Shown: positions 47,966-58,211, counted from the stretch's first letter. The stretch is 64,000 nt of DNA from an uncultured Solirubrobacteraceae bacterium (GCA_964588985.1 CAZPQW010000017.1:1-64000); one strand, 5' to 3'. Translations and numbers: made by a program. Notes: generated by a model not told the origin, from the sequence alone.

Positions 47966-49321
47966 TCAGCTGGTGATCGTTTCGCTAGAGACATACGTCA
48001 CTACGCTCGACGCTTGGCCCTGGCCCTTCGCGTTTGTCGTGACCGACAGGGTCATCGTGTCCCACTCCAGCAATGTGACGATGATAGGTCCAGCTGGCGT
48101 TGAATTGTCCCAGGCAAGTTCCATATTCACGTAGTCCGTTACCCCCGTTCCGTTTGCGTAGCTACCGGAACCCGAAACGTTGCATACCAGGGACGAATCG
48201 ACATGGGCAATGAACGACGGGCATCCACCCGCCTTGGTTGTGTTCGCTGGCGGAACGAGAGATACGGAGGAAGCGGAAAGGCCGTTGTGGGCAGTCGTCA
48301 CGGTCATACACGGCTTGAATTTTACTTCTGATGTTCCTATCACCTGAGGCTCAATCTGAGGTGCGCAGTACTTGTGGGTCGATGTCTTAGTCTTGGGGCT
48401 TGAGCCTGTGTTCGCGAGGAAGTCCTCGAGATTCTGAATCATCGCAGCGGCCGAGGTGTCGTCACGATATCCGGGCGATAGCCAGTCTGAGTCCATCAAA
48501 AGCGCTAGCGGTCCATGAGAACTGGTTCGTGGCCAGACAGCTCCCGTTACGTGGCCCGAGTACGTCGTGAACTGATTCTTGGGGGGAACGCCACCCATCG
48601 CTCCGCTACCGGCGAACGTCCATGTGGAAAGCTGATTAGGTGTCTTCGCAACGCCGCCGGCAACGCTTGGGTTGACTTGGGCCGGACCAGAGCCGAATAC
48701 GCTGCCGTCATCGACTTGGATGCCGTTTCCGCTCGGCAGAACTCCCTGCACGATGGAGCTATCGCTAGCGTCAATGCCGCAACAGCCGTGATACTCGCCC
48801 GTAAGGAATAGCCCGCCTCCTCCCTGAGCAAAGCTGACAAGACGTGGGATATCTCCGGGAGGCAGCACTTCAAAGATGCTCGTCGGGGAGCCAAGCTGCC
48901 AAATCACCTTGTACTGCGATATGTCAGCCGGCAGCGTCGAGGAATAGTCGACGGCATAGCCATCCGCTTCCAGGGTCGATTGAAGGAACTGGACTTGGCA
49001 TCCAGGTCCGGTGGGATCGGGGCAGCCACTTGCGTTATCGCCGAGACCATAGATCAGGGTCTTGGTGCCGCCCGTTCCCGCCAGTTTGCTCTTCAAAGGC
49101 ACGCTGGTCCCGCCCGACTGCACTTGAGTGGGCGCAAGGCTCTGGTTTGAGGTGCCGCCCGAAAGGCAGGTTCGCGATGGCGGCAGGCACCTCACCTGCG
49201 ACGTCGCAGCGGATGCCGATACCGCGCGGGACACCACGAGAAAAGACGACCCGCACAACAGCACCGACACCAGCCCAACGGTCAGACCTGCTCGAAGACC
49301 CAGAGCCCTGAACACTCTCAA
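47966..49321 (-). CDS. Secreted hypothetical protein with GATase-like middle domain
   Basis: Signal peptide; LVSFAQGGGGLFLTGE; more AT-rich than host genes. Confidence 0.6.
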   Translation of the reverse strand: MRVFRALGLRAGLTVGLVSVLLCGSSFLVVSRAVSASAATSQVRCLPPSRTCLSGGTSNQSLAPTQVQSGGTSVPLKSKLAGTGGTKTLIYGLGDNASGCPDPTGPGCQVQFLQSTLEADGYAVDYSSTLPADISQYKVIWQLGSPTSIFEVLPPGDIPRLVSFAQGGGGLFLTGEYHGCCGIDASDSSIVQGVLPSGNGIQVDDGSVFGSGPAQVNPSVAGGVAKTPNQLSTWTFAGSGAMGGVPPKNQFTTYSGHVTGAVWPRTSSHGPLALLMDSDWLSPGYRDDTSAAAMIQNLEDFLANTGSSPKTKTSTHKYCAPQIEPQVIGTSEVKFKPCMTVTTAHNGLSASSVSLVPPANTTKAGGCPSFIAHVDSSLVCNVSGSGSYANGTGVTDYVNMELAWDNSTPAGPIIVTLLEWDTMTLSVTTNAKGQGQASSVVTYVSSETITS

Positions 49322-49828
49322 TCAACCCTCCTCAAATTCGTTGACGGCGCGGCCAAGCGCGCTGTAGCGCCGACCATTACGCAAGGTCATGGTTAAGTCA
49401 ACCAGCTGGCATTCGCAGACAAGCGGTTGCCATAGATGCCACCTTGGCGGCCCGGTCTGCGGTCGTGATCCTGTGGGAACCCGGACCGCTGCCTTCAGAC
49501 CTGAGCGAGCGTCTCGCGGGCGGACCCGTTGCTACCGCGTCGGACGACTTCCGGGCGCGTCGCTTGACGCTCGGCACACGCCCGCTTGAGCCGGGCGAAG
49601 CGGAAGCGCTTGCTTTGCCACATATCCGACCTGGTCCTCGTCCGCTGCGATCGTCTGCGACGTCTCGTGCCCGCCGTCTTGCCCTCACGACCGCGAAAAT
49701 GTCGCCGCCACATCGCTTCAGTAACACGAACTTAGCGACTATTCGGATGTGCGTGTGTAGTGTAGTTTCCGTTTCTGGCCGAGCGCGGGCGCGTTGCTCG
49801 CGCCAATCTTGAAGATGGGGGTTTCCCA

Positions 49829-50716
49829 ATGAGACGCTTGGGTGTTGTGAGCACGATGCTCGTGATGGCATTCTTGACGATTACGGCGTCGGCGTGGGCG
49901 GAAACGTCTACGACTATCTGCGTTCCGGAAGCAGCAAGCAAACCGGTCCTCTCGACCAATACGAAAGGCGAATGTCCATCGAAAGGAACCAAACCGGTCA
50001 AATACAAGGCCGTCACGGTCCCCGATCCAGCTCTGCTGTCGCATATGAACTACCTCGAAAAAGGCGTCGACGGCAAGCCGACGATCCAGTTCTCGGGTGT
50101 GAATGTGCAGGTCGTCAATGGCGAAGGCAAGACGGCCTCGACCAATGGCGCGGGTAACATCGTCATCGGCTACGACGAGAATGGTGGCTCACACGCACAG
50201 ACCGGCTCGCACGACCTGATTCTGGGCGAAGAACAAACCTTCGTCGACTACGGGGGACTTGTCGCGGGGTCCAATAACAGCATCCTCGGGCCGTTTGACT
50301 CCGTAACGGGCGGCCGATTGAACGTCGCAGAAGGCGATGAAGTCTCGATCGGTGGCGGCGCACTAAACCACGCCAAAGGCAACGAGAGCTCGGTCTCGGG
50401 TGGACGACAGAACACCGCTGACAGCCTGTCGTCGTCAGTGAGCGGCGGCTACGGAAACATTGCGAGTGGTCCGCAGTCTTCTGTCAGCGGCGGCACGGAT
50501 AACGGTGCCACCGGGCCCGCATCTTCGGTGAGCGGCGGCAACGAAAATGCAGCTAGCGGCAGTGTTGTATCAATCGCCGGCGGCTCCGAGAACTCGGCCA
50601 CCGGGGTCGGGGCCTCCGTACAGGGAGGCTTCCGCAACCATGCAGAAGGAGAGCTTTCCTCCATCTTTGGCGGTGATGGACTGACAGCGACTATCGAATA
50701 CGAAGCCATCCCGTAG
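49829..50716 (+). CDS. Secreted protein with tandem 14-aa SVSGGxxNxAxG repeats
   Basis: Signal peptide; about nine repeats in the C-terminal half. Confidence 0.75.
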   Translation: MRRLGVVSTMLVMAFLTITASAWAETSTTICVPEAASKPVLSTNTKGECPSKGTKPVKYKAVTVPDPALLSHMNYLEKGVDGKPTIQFSGVNVQVVNGEGKTASTNGAGNIVIGYDENGGSHAQTGSHDLILGEEQTFVDYGGLVAGSNNSILGPFDSVTGGRLNVAEGDEVSIGGGALNHAKGNESSVSGGRQNTADSLSSSVSGGYGNIASGPQSSVSGGTDNGATGPASSVSGGNENAASGSVVSIAGGSENSATGVGASVQGGFRNHAEGELSSIFGGDGLTATIEYEAIP

Positions 50717-50956
50717 CGGGGTAGCTCCTAATCCCGCGGCGACTCGGCCCTCGCGGCCGGGTCGCCGTCGTGGTAGCCCCGAATGGTGGGCCTGTGCGTC
50801 ACAGCACGGGCCGCTGCGCACAGCACGCTGATGCTTTCGTGCGAATGTGAGCGTCTCGACGTACGCCCCCTGGCGTCGCGAATTGGACGAAAGGTAGGCG
50901 TGCAAACAGACCATCACCAGCGCCACGAATCGAAAGCCACTCGCGAAATGCTGTAA

Positions 50957-52324
50957 CTAAGCGACTGCGGCCATCACGGCAGCCGCCTGGCGCTTCCCAT
51001 CGCCCGCCCCGACCCTGTCGCTGAGCACGACGGTGCTCCCCTTCGCGGGGCTGATCGTGATGCTCCGCCTGCGCGTGCGCTCGGCTCTTGCTCCCACCGG
51101 GCTGATCTCGCACCGCGTGAGCACGGCGCGCAGCGCGATCTTCATCTCGAGCAGCGCGAAGCTCGCGCCGAGGCAGCGCCGCCGTCCGCCGCCGAAGGGG
51201 ATCCAGGTGTAGGTGCCCGGCGTCTTGCCGCCCTCTGACTCGAGGAAGCGCTCGGGGCGGAACGCGCGGGGTTCAGGGTAGATGGCGGGGTCGTGGTGGA
51301 CGAGGTGGGCGCTGGCGAGCAGCACGACGCCGCGCGGGTAGAGCACGCCGCCGATCTCGATGGGCTGCTTGACGAGCCGCGGCTCGGCGGTGGGGAGCAC
51401 GGGGCGCAGGCGCATTATCTCGTGGATGGTGGCGGTGAGGTACGCCTCGTCGGACCCGTCGTCGAGCTCCTCGCGCAGACGCGCCAACACGACGGGCTCG
51501 CGGGCGAGGCGCTCGAATGCCCACGCGAGCTGCGAGGCGGTCGTCTCGTGGCCGGCGACGAGCGCGGTCATGAGCTCGTCGCGCAGCTCCTGGTCGCTCA
51601 TCGGCGAGCCGTCCTCGTGGGTGGCCGCGAGCAGCAGCGCGAGCACGTCGTCGCCGTCGTGATCCTCGCGCCGGCGCTGCTCGATGAGCTCGTAGATGAG
51701 CGCGTCGACCTGTTCGCCCAGACGTTCGAAGCCGGCCAGGGGGGTGAAGGGTGCGAGCCACGGCGGCGGTGGCGGCAGCAGCGAGAGGGGGCTCTCGCTG
51801 AACGCGAGGATCCGCGTGAGCAGGTCGCGCAGTGAGTCCAGGCGCGCGCCGCTGTCGAGGCCGAAGACGGTGCGCAGGATGATCTCGAGCGTGAGCCGCT
51901 GCAGTTTGGGGTGCAGCTCGACGGCCTGCCCGCGCGGCCAGGTGGAAAGCTCGCGCTCGGTCAGCTCGGTCATGAGGCCGGCCATGCGCTGCATGCGCTC
52001 GCCGTGGAACGCGGGCAGCAGCAGCTTGCGCTGCTCGAGGTGGGGCGCCTCGTCGAGCAGGATCACGGAGTGGCGACCGACGATCGGTTCGAGGATCTTG
52101 GCTCCCTCGCCGGGGTGCAGCACCTCGGGCGGCGCCATGAACAGCTCCCTGATCTCGTCGGGGTCGGAGATCATGACGACGGGCGGCTGGCCGAGGAGGC
52201 GGGTGGTGAAGCGGTGGCCGTAGCGGGCTCGACAGCGGTCGAGGAAGGCCGTGGGACGGCTCCAGGTGCCGAGCGTCTGCAGCAGCGCGGGCATGCGCGG
52301 TCCGGGGGGCAGGTCGTCATGCAC
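50957..52324 (-). CDS. Cytochrome P450
   Basis: AGHETT, EIMR (ExxR), PERF, FGGGRRRCLG heme motif. Confidence 0.95.
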   Translation of the reverse strand: MHDDLPPGPRMPALLQTLGTWSRPTAFLDRCRARYGHRFTTRLLGQPPVVMISDPDEIRELFMAPPEVLHPGEGAKILEPIVGRHSVILLDEAPHLEQRKLLLPAFHGERMQRMAGLMTELTERELSTWPRGQAVELHPKLQRLTLEIILRTVFGLDSGARLDSLRDLLTRILAFSESPLSLLPPPPPWLAPFTPLAGFERLGEQVDALIYELIEQRRREDHDGDDVLALLLAATHEDGSPMSDQELRDELMTALVAGHETTASQLAWAFERLAREPVVLARLREELDDGSDEAYLTATIHEIMRLRPVLPTAEPRLVKQPIEIGGVLYPRGVVLLASAHLVHHDPAIYPEPRAFRPERFLESEGGKTPGTYTWIPFGGGRRRCLGASFALLEMKIALRAVLTRCEISPVGARAERTRRRSITISPAKGSTVVLSDRVGAGDGKRQAAAVMAAVA

Positions 52325-52370
52325 GAGCGTCCTCCATTTCGTCCGCTATCGAGACTACCGTGAACTGCAA

Positions 52371-52622
52371 ATGATTATTGCCCTGACGTTCTGGAGTCAG
52401 CCGCAGGTCGTCACCGACAGCTGGGTGGAACTCGCGAGCACGATCACGCTGGTGGCGTTCGTGGTGGGCGTGTACAGGCATCTGGAATGCCACAAGAGCG
52501 GCTGCCACCGGCTCGGGCGCTTCACCCACGGCCGCTACAAATTGTGTCGCGTCCATCATCCGGACGTCCCGAATGACGGCAGGATCACGCAGGAGCACAT
52601 CGACGCGGTCGAGGTGAAGTAG
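52371..52622 (+). CDS. Small membrane protein with Cys/His cluster
   Basis: One TM helix then CHKSGCHR...CRVHH. Confidence 0.6.
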   Translation: MIIALTFWSQPQVVTDSWVELASTITLVAFVVGVYRHLECHKSGCHRLGRFTHGRYKLCRVHHPDVPNDGRITQEHIDAVEVK

Positions 52623-52656
52623 CGCCCGCGGCGCGAGCCCTCGCGACAGCGAGCCG

Positions 52657-53013
52657 CTACCGCTCGACGAGCGGGCGTATTTCGACCGCGCCGCCGATGC
52701 GCGCCGCGGGAATGAGCGAGGCGAGCTCGATGGCGGCGTCGAGGTCCGGCGCGTCGAATGTGAGGTAGCCGCCGATCGCCTCCTTGGTCTCGGCGAACGG
52801 GCCGTCGGTGGTGATCGTCTCCCCGTCCCTGACGCGCACGGTGGTCGCGGACTCCGGCGGCTGCATCCACTGGCCGGGGGTCACGCCGGGGGCTTCGCTC
52901 ACGGTCTTGTAGCCAGCGGAGATGGCGCCCTTCTCCTCGGCGGAGAGCGCGTCCCACTCGGGCGAGGGCGGGGTGGGGGTGGTGCCGTGGTGGATGAGCA
53001 GCATGTACTTCAT
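52657..53013 (-). CDS. YciI/DGPF family protein
   Basis: MKYMLLI, TDGPFAETKEAIGG, VEIRP. Confidence 0.9.
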   Translation of the reverse strand: MKYMLLIHHGTTPTPPSPEWDALSAEEKGAISAGYKTVSEAPGVTPGQWMQPPESATTVRVRDGETITTDGPFAETKEAIGGYLTFDAPDLDAAIELASLIPAARIGGAVEIRPLVER

Positions 53014-53096
53014 GGCTTCCTCCTTGGACGGTCGCGTGGATGGTGCTTGTGAGACGAACGGCGCGCGCCTGAATCGACAGGCCGGTTGGGCTCTCC

Positions 53097-53846
53097 TCAG
53101 GCGAGCGAGGCGAGGCCGACGGCGACGTGCACGGGCAGCTCGGCGGGGGTCTCACCGGCCTTGATGAGCGCGTCGATCCGCGCGAGGGTGTCGGTGCGCT
53201 GCTCGGCGGGCATGGCGGCGACCCAGCTCATCGAGGCGAGGTAGTCGACGAAGCGGTCGGGGCGCGCGGGCTGCTTGGTGGTGACGCGGATCTCGCGCGG
53301 CTCGCTCCAGCCGCCGGCGGCGCGCACCGCGTCCTGCCAGGGCGGCCCGTCGAAGTGGGGGTGCTCGGGGCGCAGCTCGGACATCAGCGTGCCGACCTCG
53401 TGCGCCCACGACGCGCCGCCCCAGTCGGGCACGGTGGCGAGCACCGCGAGGCCTCCGCCGGGGCGCAGCACGCGTCGGATCTCGGCTAGCGCGGCGGCGT
53501 GGTCGAACCAGTGAAAGGCGTCGGCGACGGTGACGGCGGCGACGGACGCGTCGGGCAGCGGGATCGCCTCGGCGAGCCCCTCGCGCACGCGCTCCTCGCC
53601 GACGCTCGCGGCGAGGACCTCGCGCAGCGACGCGTGCGGCTCGACGGCGACGACGTCCAGGCCGGCGTCGATCAGCGCGCGGGTGAGCTTCCCGGTGCCG
53701 GCGGCGAGGTCGAGCACGGGCGCGCCCGGCGGGACGCGCAGCTCGGCGGCGATGGCGCCGACGACGGCGGGCGGGTACTCGGGCCGTCCGCGCTCGTAGG
53801 AGTCGGCGACCTCGGCGAACCTCTCGGCGAGGGGGTGGAGGGTCAT
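53097..53846 (-). CDS. Class I SAM-dependent methyltransferase
   Basis: YERGRPEYP, VLDLAAGTGK, AFHWF. Confidence 0.9.
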   Translation of the reverse strand: MTLHPLAERFAEVADSYERGRPEYPPAVVGAIAAELRVPPGAPVLDLAAGTGKLTRALIDAGLDVVAVEPHASLREVLAASVGEERVREGLAEAIPLPDASVAAVTVADAFHWFDHAAALAEIRRVLRPGGGLAVLATVPDWGGASWAHEVGTLMSELRPEHPHFDGPPWQDAVRAAGGWSEPREIRVTTKQPARPDRFVDYLASMSWVAAMPAEQRTDTLARIDALIKAGETPAELPVHVAVGLASLA

Positions 53847-54007
53847 GGGGCGCACGGTAGAAGATCGCGCGGGCTTTAGCGCCGACGGGGAAGCTCGGAC
53901 ATCCGTCGAGAGGGTGAAAGGAATCGTGATTTCTGGGTGCGGTCGTTGTCTTACGGCCAGACGCGCCGAGGCAGCGCGGGGGCTATTGGGCAAGGACGGT
54001 GAACCGG

Positions 54008-54727
54008 ATGAATCTGCGAAACAAGCTGGGCGTAGCCGCGACGCTCCTGTCGCTGGGCGGTCTGACGGGCGTGGCGATGAGCGCGGGCCCGGGACGCAAG
54101 CGCGACCAGGGCGGCGTGCAGGTGGCGGACGTGCGCACGGTGATGATCCAGCAGACGGTCCACCGCTACCGCCACGTGGGCGTGGGCGGCGCCGCGAGAG
54201 GAGCTGGTGGCAGCTCGGGCGGGCGCGTGGTCGCGTCGTGGAAGGCGAGCGCGAGCGCTGTTCACACGCGCGCGAGCGGACACAGCTCCAAAGCGGGCGC
54301 GACGGCGAGCGGGACGACGGCGCCGGCGGTGAAGAGCAAATCGAGCGGCGCTCACCACACCACGGCCAAGCAGGGCAAAGGCGGCACGGGCCACACCGCT
54401 CCCGCGACGACGCGCTCGAGCGGCTCGACCCACAAAGGCTCGGGCGGTGGAACGACGACCACCACCACGTCGAGCAACCCGACGACGAAACCGAGCGGCA
54501 GCACGAGCGAAGGCGGCAGCACCGGCACGACCACCACGCCGACGCCTCCGACGACGAAACCGAGCGGCAGCACGGGCGGGAGCGGCGGCACGAGCGAAGG
54601 CGGCACCGGCACGGGCACGACGCCGACGCCTCCGACGACCAAACCGAGCGGCAGCACCGGCGGCGGCGAAGAAGGCGGCGGCAAAGGCGGCGGTGAAAAA
54701 GAAGGCAAAAAAGGCCATGACGACTGA
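54008..54727 (+). CDS. Secreted/membrane-anchored Gly-Ser-Thr-rich disordered protein
   Basis: N-terminal hydrophobic segment; three TTKPSGST repeats. Confidence 0.7.
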   Translation: MNLRNKLGVAATLLSLGGLTGVAMSAGPGRKRDQGGVQVADVRTVMIQQTVHRYRHVGVGGAARGAGGSSGGRVVASWKASASAVHTRASGHSSKAGATASGTTAPAVKSKSSGAHHTTAKQGKGGTGHTAPATTRSSGSTHKGSGGGTTTTTTSSNPTTKPSGSTSEGGSTGTTTTPTPPTTKPSGSTGGSGGTSEGGTGTGTTPTPPTTKPSGSTGGGEEGGGKGGGEKEGKKGHDD

Positions 54728-55052
54728 CGCGGCGGCGGGCGCGGCGAAGCGGCGGCGGCGCAAGCCGCGCTCGTATCCGACGATCGTGGCGTCGCTGGCG
54801 GTGTTCGCGGTGGTGCTGGTGCTGCTCGGCGCGCGCGTGGCGGCGGGCCACGACCCGGTGCTCGGGGTCCTCCACATTCGCGCGCCTCGTCCGGAGATCG
54901 TGCGCCGGATCGTGCGGAAGGTGATCGTGGAAACGACCGTCGCTTCACACGCTGGCGGCAAAGGGGGGACGACGGTGTCGAGCTCTCCGGTGACGAGCGT
55001 GCAGTCCTCGGGCGCGGAACCCGTGCCGGCGCCGGTGACGAGAAGCTCATGA
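54717..55052 (+). CDS. Small membrane-anchored protein ending in PVTRSS
   Basis: One TM helix, Ser/Thr-rich tail; ATGA-coupled to apbE. Confidence 0.7.
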   Translation: MTTDAAAGAAKRRRRKPRSYPTIVASLAVFAVVLVLLGARVAAGHDPVLGVLHIRAPRPEIVRRIVRKVIVETTVASHAGGKGGTTVSSSPVTSVQSSGAEPVPAPVTRSS

Positions 55053-56023
55053 GCGAGTACGACCTGACGTTCCCGTGCATGGGGTGCGAGTTCCGGCTGC
55101 TGGTGGGCGATCCGGTCGAGCGGGGTCTCGCGCCGGCGCACGAGGCGGCGGCGCGAGCGCGCGGGTGGCTGGAAGCGTGCGACGCGCGCCTGTCGCGCTT
55201 CCGCGACGACAGCGAGCTGGTGGCCATGAACGACGACCCGGCCCCGGTGGTGTCGGCGCGTCCGCTGCTGATCAACGCGGTGGCGGCGGCGCGGTGGGCG
55301 GCGCAGTTCACGGGCGGGCTGGTGGACTCGACGCTGATGGGCGCGATCGAGGCGGCGGGCTATCGCGAGTCGCTGGCGGGCGCGGAGCCGCTGCCGCTGC
55401 GCGAGGCGCTCCCGTCGGCCCCCGTGCGGCGCGCGGCGGGGCCGCATCCGGCGGCGGCGTGGCGCGGGATCCGGGTGGACCGCGAGGCGGGGACGATCGC
55501 GCGGCCTGCGGGTGTGAGGATCGACAGCGGCGGGGTGGTGAAGGGCCTGGCGGCGGATCTGGTGGCGCACCTGTTCGAGGGCTACGAGCGCTTCGCGGTC
55601 GACGCGGCGGGCGACCTGGCGATCGGCGGCGTGCGGGCGGCGGGGAACCCATATGAGGTGGAGGTCGAGCACCCGCTGACGGGCGAGCACGTGCACGCGG
55701 TGCCGGTGTCCTCGGGAGGGATCGCGACGTCGGGCCTGAACTCGCGGATGTGGCGTCGTGCGGATGGGACGGTCGCGCATCACCTGCTCGACCCGGCGAC
55801 CGGCGAGCCGGCTTGGACGGGCCTTCTGATGGTGACGGCGCTGGGGAGCAACGCGCTGGAGGCGGAGACGCTGGCGAAGTGGGCGTTGCTGTCGGGGCCG
55901 GACGGCGCGGCGCGGGTGCTGGCGCGTCACGGTGGGCTGACGGTGCGCGATGACGGCGACATGGAGCTGCACGGCCCGATGCGCTCGCGCCGGAGCGTGT
56001 ACCTGTCGAGGGTGGCGGCGTGA
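55049..56023 (+). CDS. apbE: FAD:protein FMN transferase
   Basis: F.CMG, LSRFRDDSEL, DSGGVVKGLAAD, GIATSG, HHLLDPATG. Confidence 0.92.
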   Translation: MSEYDLTFPCMGCEFRLLVGDPVERGLAPAHEAAARARGWLEACDARLSRFRDDSELVAMNDDPAPVVSARPLLINAVAAARWAAQFTGGLVDSTLMGAIEAAGYRESLAGAEPLPLREALPSAPVRRAAGPHPAAAWRGIRVDREAGTIARPAGVRIDSGGVVKGLAADLVAHLFEGYERFAVDAAGDLAIGGVRAAGNPYEVEVEHPLTGEHVHAVPVSSGGIATSGLNSRMWRRADGTVAHHLLDPATGEPAWTGLLMVTALGSNALEAETLAKWALLSGPDGAARVLARHGGLTVRDDGDMELHGPMRSRRSVYLSRVAA

Positions 56024-56595
56024 AGCGCCAGCCGCTCGAATACGTGTGGTGGCTGGTGAGCCGCGCGTCGGGCACGGTGGCGCTGCTGCTGGTGACGGTG
56101 TCGGTGCTGATGGGGCTGCTGATGGCGTCGGGCCTGCTGAAGCGGCCGGGCCTGAAGCGGAGCCTCGTGGCGGTGCACGAGCACGTGGCGCTGGTGGCGC
56201 TGGTGTCGATCGCGGTGCACGGCATCGCGCTGCTGGGCGACCGCTCGATCAACCCGGGACCGCTGGGCGTGCTGCTGCCGTTCGACATGGCCTACCGGCC
56301 GGTGTACACGGGGCTGGGGATCATCAGCGGCTACCTGATCGCGGCGCTGGCGCTGTCGTTCTACGCGCGCAAACGGATCGGCGGGGGACGCTGGCGGCGC
56401 CTGCACCGCTGGACGGTGCTCGCGTACGTGCTCGGCGTGGCCCACTCGATCGGCGCGGGCAGCGACGCGAGCCTGCAGGCGGTGCGGCTCGCGGTGGTGG
56501 CGAGCACGCTCCCGGCCGCGGGCCTGTTCCTGGTGAGGAACCGCCCGCGCGAGTCGGCCGGCGCTAAGCGACCGGCCCCGCGGCCGGCTGGTTGA
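56020..56595 (+). CDS. Ferric reductase-like (MsrQ-like) heme b membrane protein
   Basis: WWLVSRASG, conserved His pairs, WRRLH, H..GAGSD. Confidence 0.85.
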   Translation: MKRQPLEYVWWLVSRASGTVALLLVTVSVLMGLLMASGLLKRPGLKRSLVAVHEHVALVALVSIAVHGIALLGDRSINPGPLGVLLPFDMAYRPVYTGLGIISGYLIAALALSFYARKRIGGGRWRRLHRWTVLAYVLGVAHSIGAGSDASLQAVRLAVVASTLPAAGLFLVRNRPRESAGAKRPAPRPAG

Positions 56596-57730
56596 CGTCC
56601 TCCATGGTGGTGTGCAGGTGTCCCTGCGCGCTGACGAGCAGTTTGAGGTCGTGCGGCCGCGTGGCGGTGCGCAGGGCGTCCTCCATCGAGACGTCCCCGG
56701 CCTTGAGGGCGGCGTAGAGCGCCTGGTCGAAGGTCTGCATGCCGTAGTAGCCGCCGTCCTCGATGACGTCGGTGAGCTTGGCCGTCTTGGAGGAGTCGAC
56801 GATCATGTCGTGGACGCGGCCGGTCATGGTCATGATCTCGGTGATGGCGACGCGGCCGTTGCCGTCGGCGCGCGGCACGAGGCGCTGGGAGATGATGCCC
56901 TTGAGGGTGCCGGCGAGCATGGCGCGGGCCTGGGTGTGCTGGTCGGGAGGGAAGAAGTCGAGGATGCGGTTGATCGTCTCGGGCGCGTCGAGCGTGTGCA
57001 CGGTGGAGAGGACGAGGTGACCGGTCTCGGCGGCGGCGAGCGCGGTGCGGATGGTGGTCTCGTCGCGCATCTCGCCGATGAGGATCACGTCGGGGTCCTG
57101 GCGCAGAACGCGGCGTAGGGCGGAGGCGAAGGAGTCGGTGTCGCTGCCGACCTCGCGCTGGTCGATGGCTGACTTCCTGTCGGTGTGGAGGTACTCAATG
57201 GGGTCCTCGACGGTGACGATGTGCTTGAACGCGGTTTCGTTGATGTGCTCGATCATGGCGGCGAGCGTGGTCGACTTGCCGCAGCCGGTGGTGCCGGTGA
57301 CGAGAACGATCCCGCGCTGCTCGCCGGCGAGCTTGCGAACGACGTCGGGCATGCCGAGCTCGGCGAGCGAGCGGATGGCGTAGGGGACGACGCGGAAGAC
57401 GATCGACACGCAGCCCCGCTGCATGTACGCGTTGACGCGAAAGCGCGCGAGGTTCGGGACGGAGTAGGCGAAGTCGAGCTCGTGCTGCTTCTCGAACTCG
57501 CTGACGAGCGAGTCGGGCAGGATCGAGTGGAGCACCTCCATGGTGTCGGCGGGCGCGAGCTCCTCAGCGGTGGAGTCGAGCCAGTGCAGCTCGCCGTCGA
57601 TGCGGATCAGCGGCCGGTTGCCGACCTTGATGCAGAGGTCCGATCCACCGGCGTTTACGAGCCGAACGAGCGCGTCGGAGATGTCGAGGGTCGGCGCAGC
57701 ACGGCGGTCGGGGGCCACATCGAGGGGCAT
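56564..57730 (-). CDS. pilT: PilT/PilU family type IV pilus ATPase
   Basis: RFRVN, GTTGCGKSTT, TVEDPIE, RQDPDVILIGEMRD, AETGHLV.STVH, GMQTFDQ. Confidence 0.9.
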   Translation of the reverse strand: MPLDVAPDRRAAPTLDISDALVRLVNAGGSDLCIKVGNRPLIRIDGELHWLDSTAEELAPADTMEVLHSILPDSLVSEFEKQHELDFAYSVPNLARFRVNAYMQRGCVSIVFRVVPYAIRSLAELGMPDVVRKLAGEQRGIVLVTGTTGCGKSTTLAAMIEHINETAFKHIVTVEDPIEYLHTDRKSAIDQREVGSDTDSFASALRRVLRQDPDVILIGEMRDETTIRTALAAAETGHLVLSTVHTLDAPETINRILDFFPPDQHTQARAMLAGTLKGIISQRLVPRADGNGRVAITEIMTMTGRVHDMIVDSSKTAKLTDVIEDGGYYGMQTFDQALYAALKAGDVSMEDALRTATRPHDLKLLVSAQGHLHTTMEDVNQPAAGPVA

Positions 57731-57822
57731 GCGTGTAGATCGACAGGGCGGCGGCCGTGCTGGATGGTGGAAACCCGCAGATTCGCACGGTTGAACCAGC
57801 CGCGCGCGGTGATGGGTCGGGG

Positions 57823-58089
57823 CTATGCGGCGGGCGGCACCGTCCAGCGCTGTCCACCGACCTCGAGCTCGCGCACCTTGAGCGAGCCGATCTCGACCTC
57901 TCCGGCGCGGAGTTTGCGGATGACGGCGTCGGCGATCGCGAGCCGGCCGATGGCGAGCGCGCCGATCGCGGACACGGCTATCGCGAGCGGGCCGATGGCG
58001 GTGGGGCCGAAGGCGCGGGGGCCGGTCGCGTGCGCTCCAGTGGGCTTGCCGCAGTGCTTGCGTCGCGTGATCGCCTTGGTGCGTTTCAT
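57823..58089 (-). CDS. Small protein with A(I/F)Gxx pentapeptide repeats
   Basis: GGAG RBS; ATGPR AFGPT AIGPL ... AIGAL AIGRL. Confidence 0.6.
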   Translation of the reverse strand: MKRTKAITRRKHCGKPTGAHATGPRAFGPTAIGPLAIAVSAIGALAIGRLAIADAVIRKLRAGEVEIGSLKVRELEVGGQRWTVPPAA

Positions 58090-58211
58090 GGGGTGGTCTC
58101 CTGTGTCGAGTTGCGCAAGGTTGTGGCGCTGTTGCTGAGTATGCTCGCCTGCATGGCGCCTGCACATCGGTACCGACGTGGGCGAGGAGCTCCGAGGGCG
58201 GGGTCCGGGCG

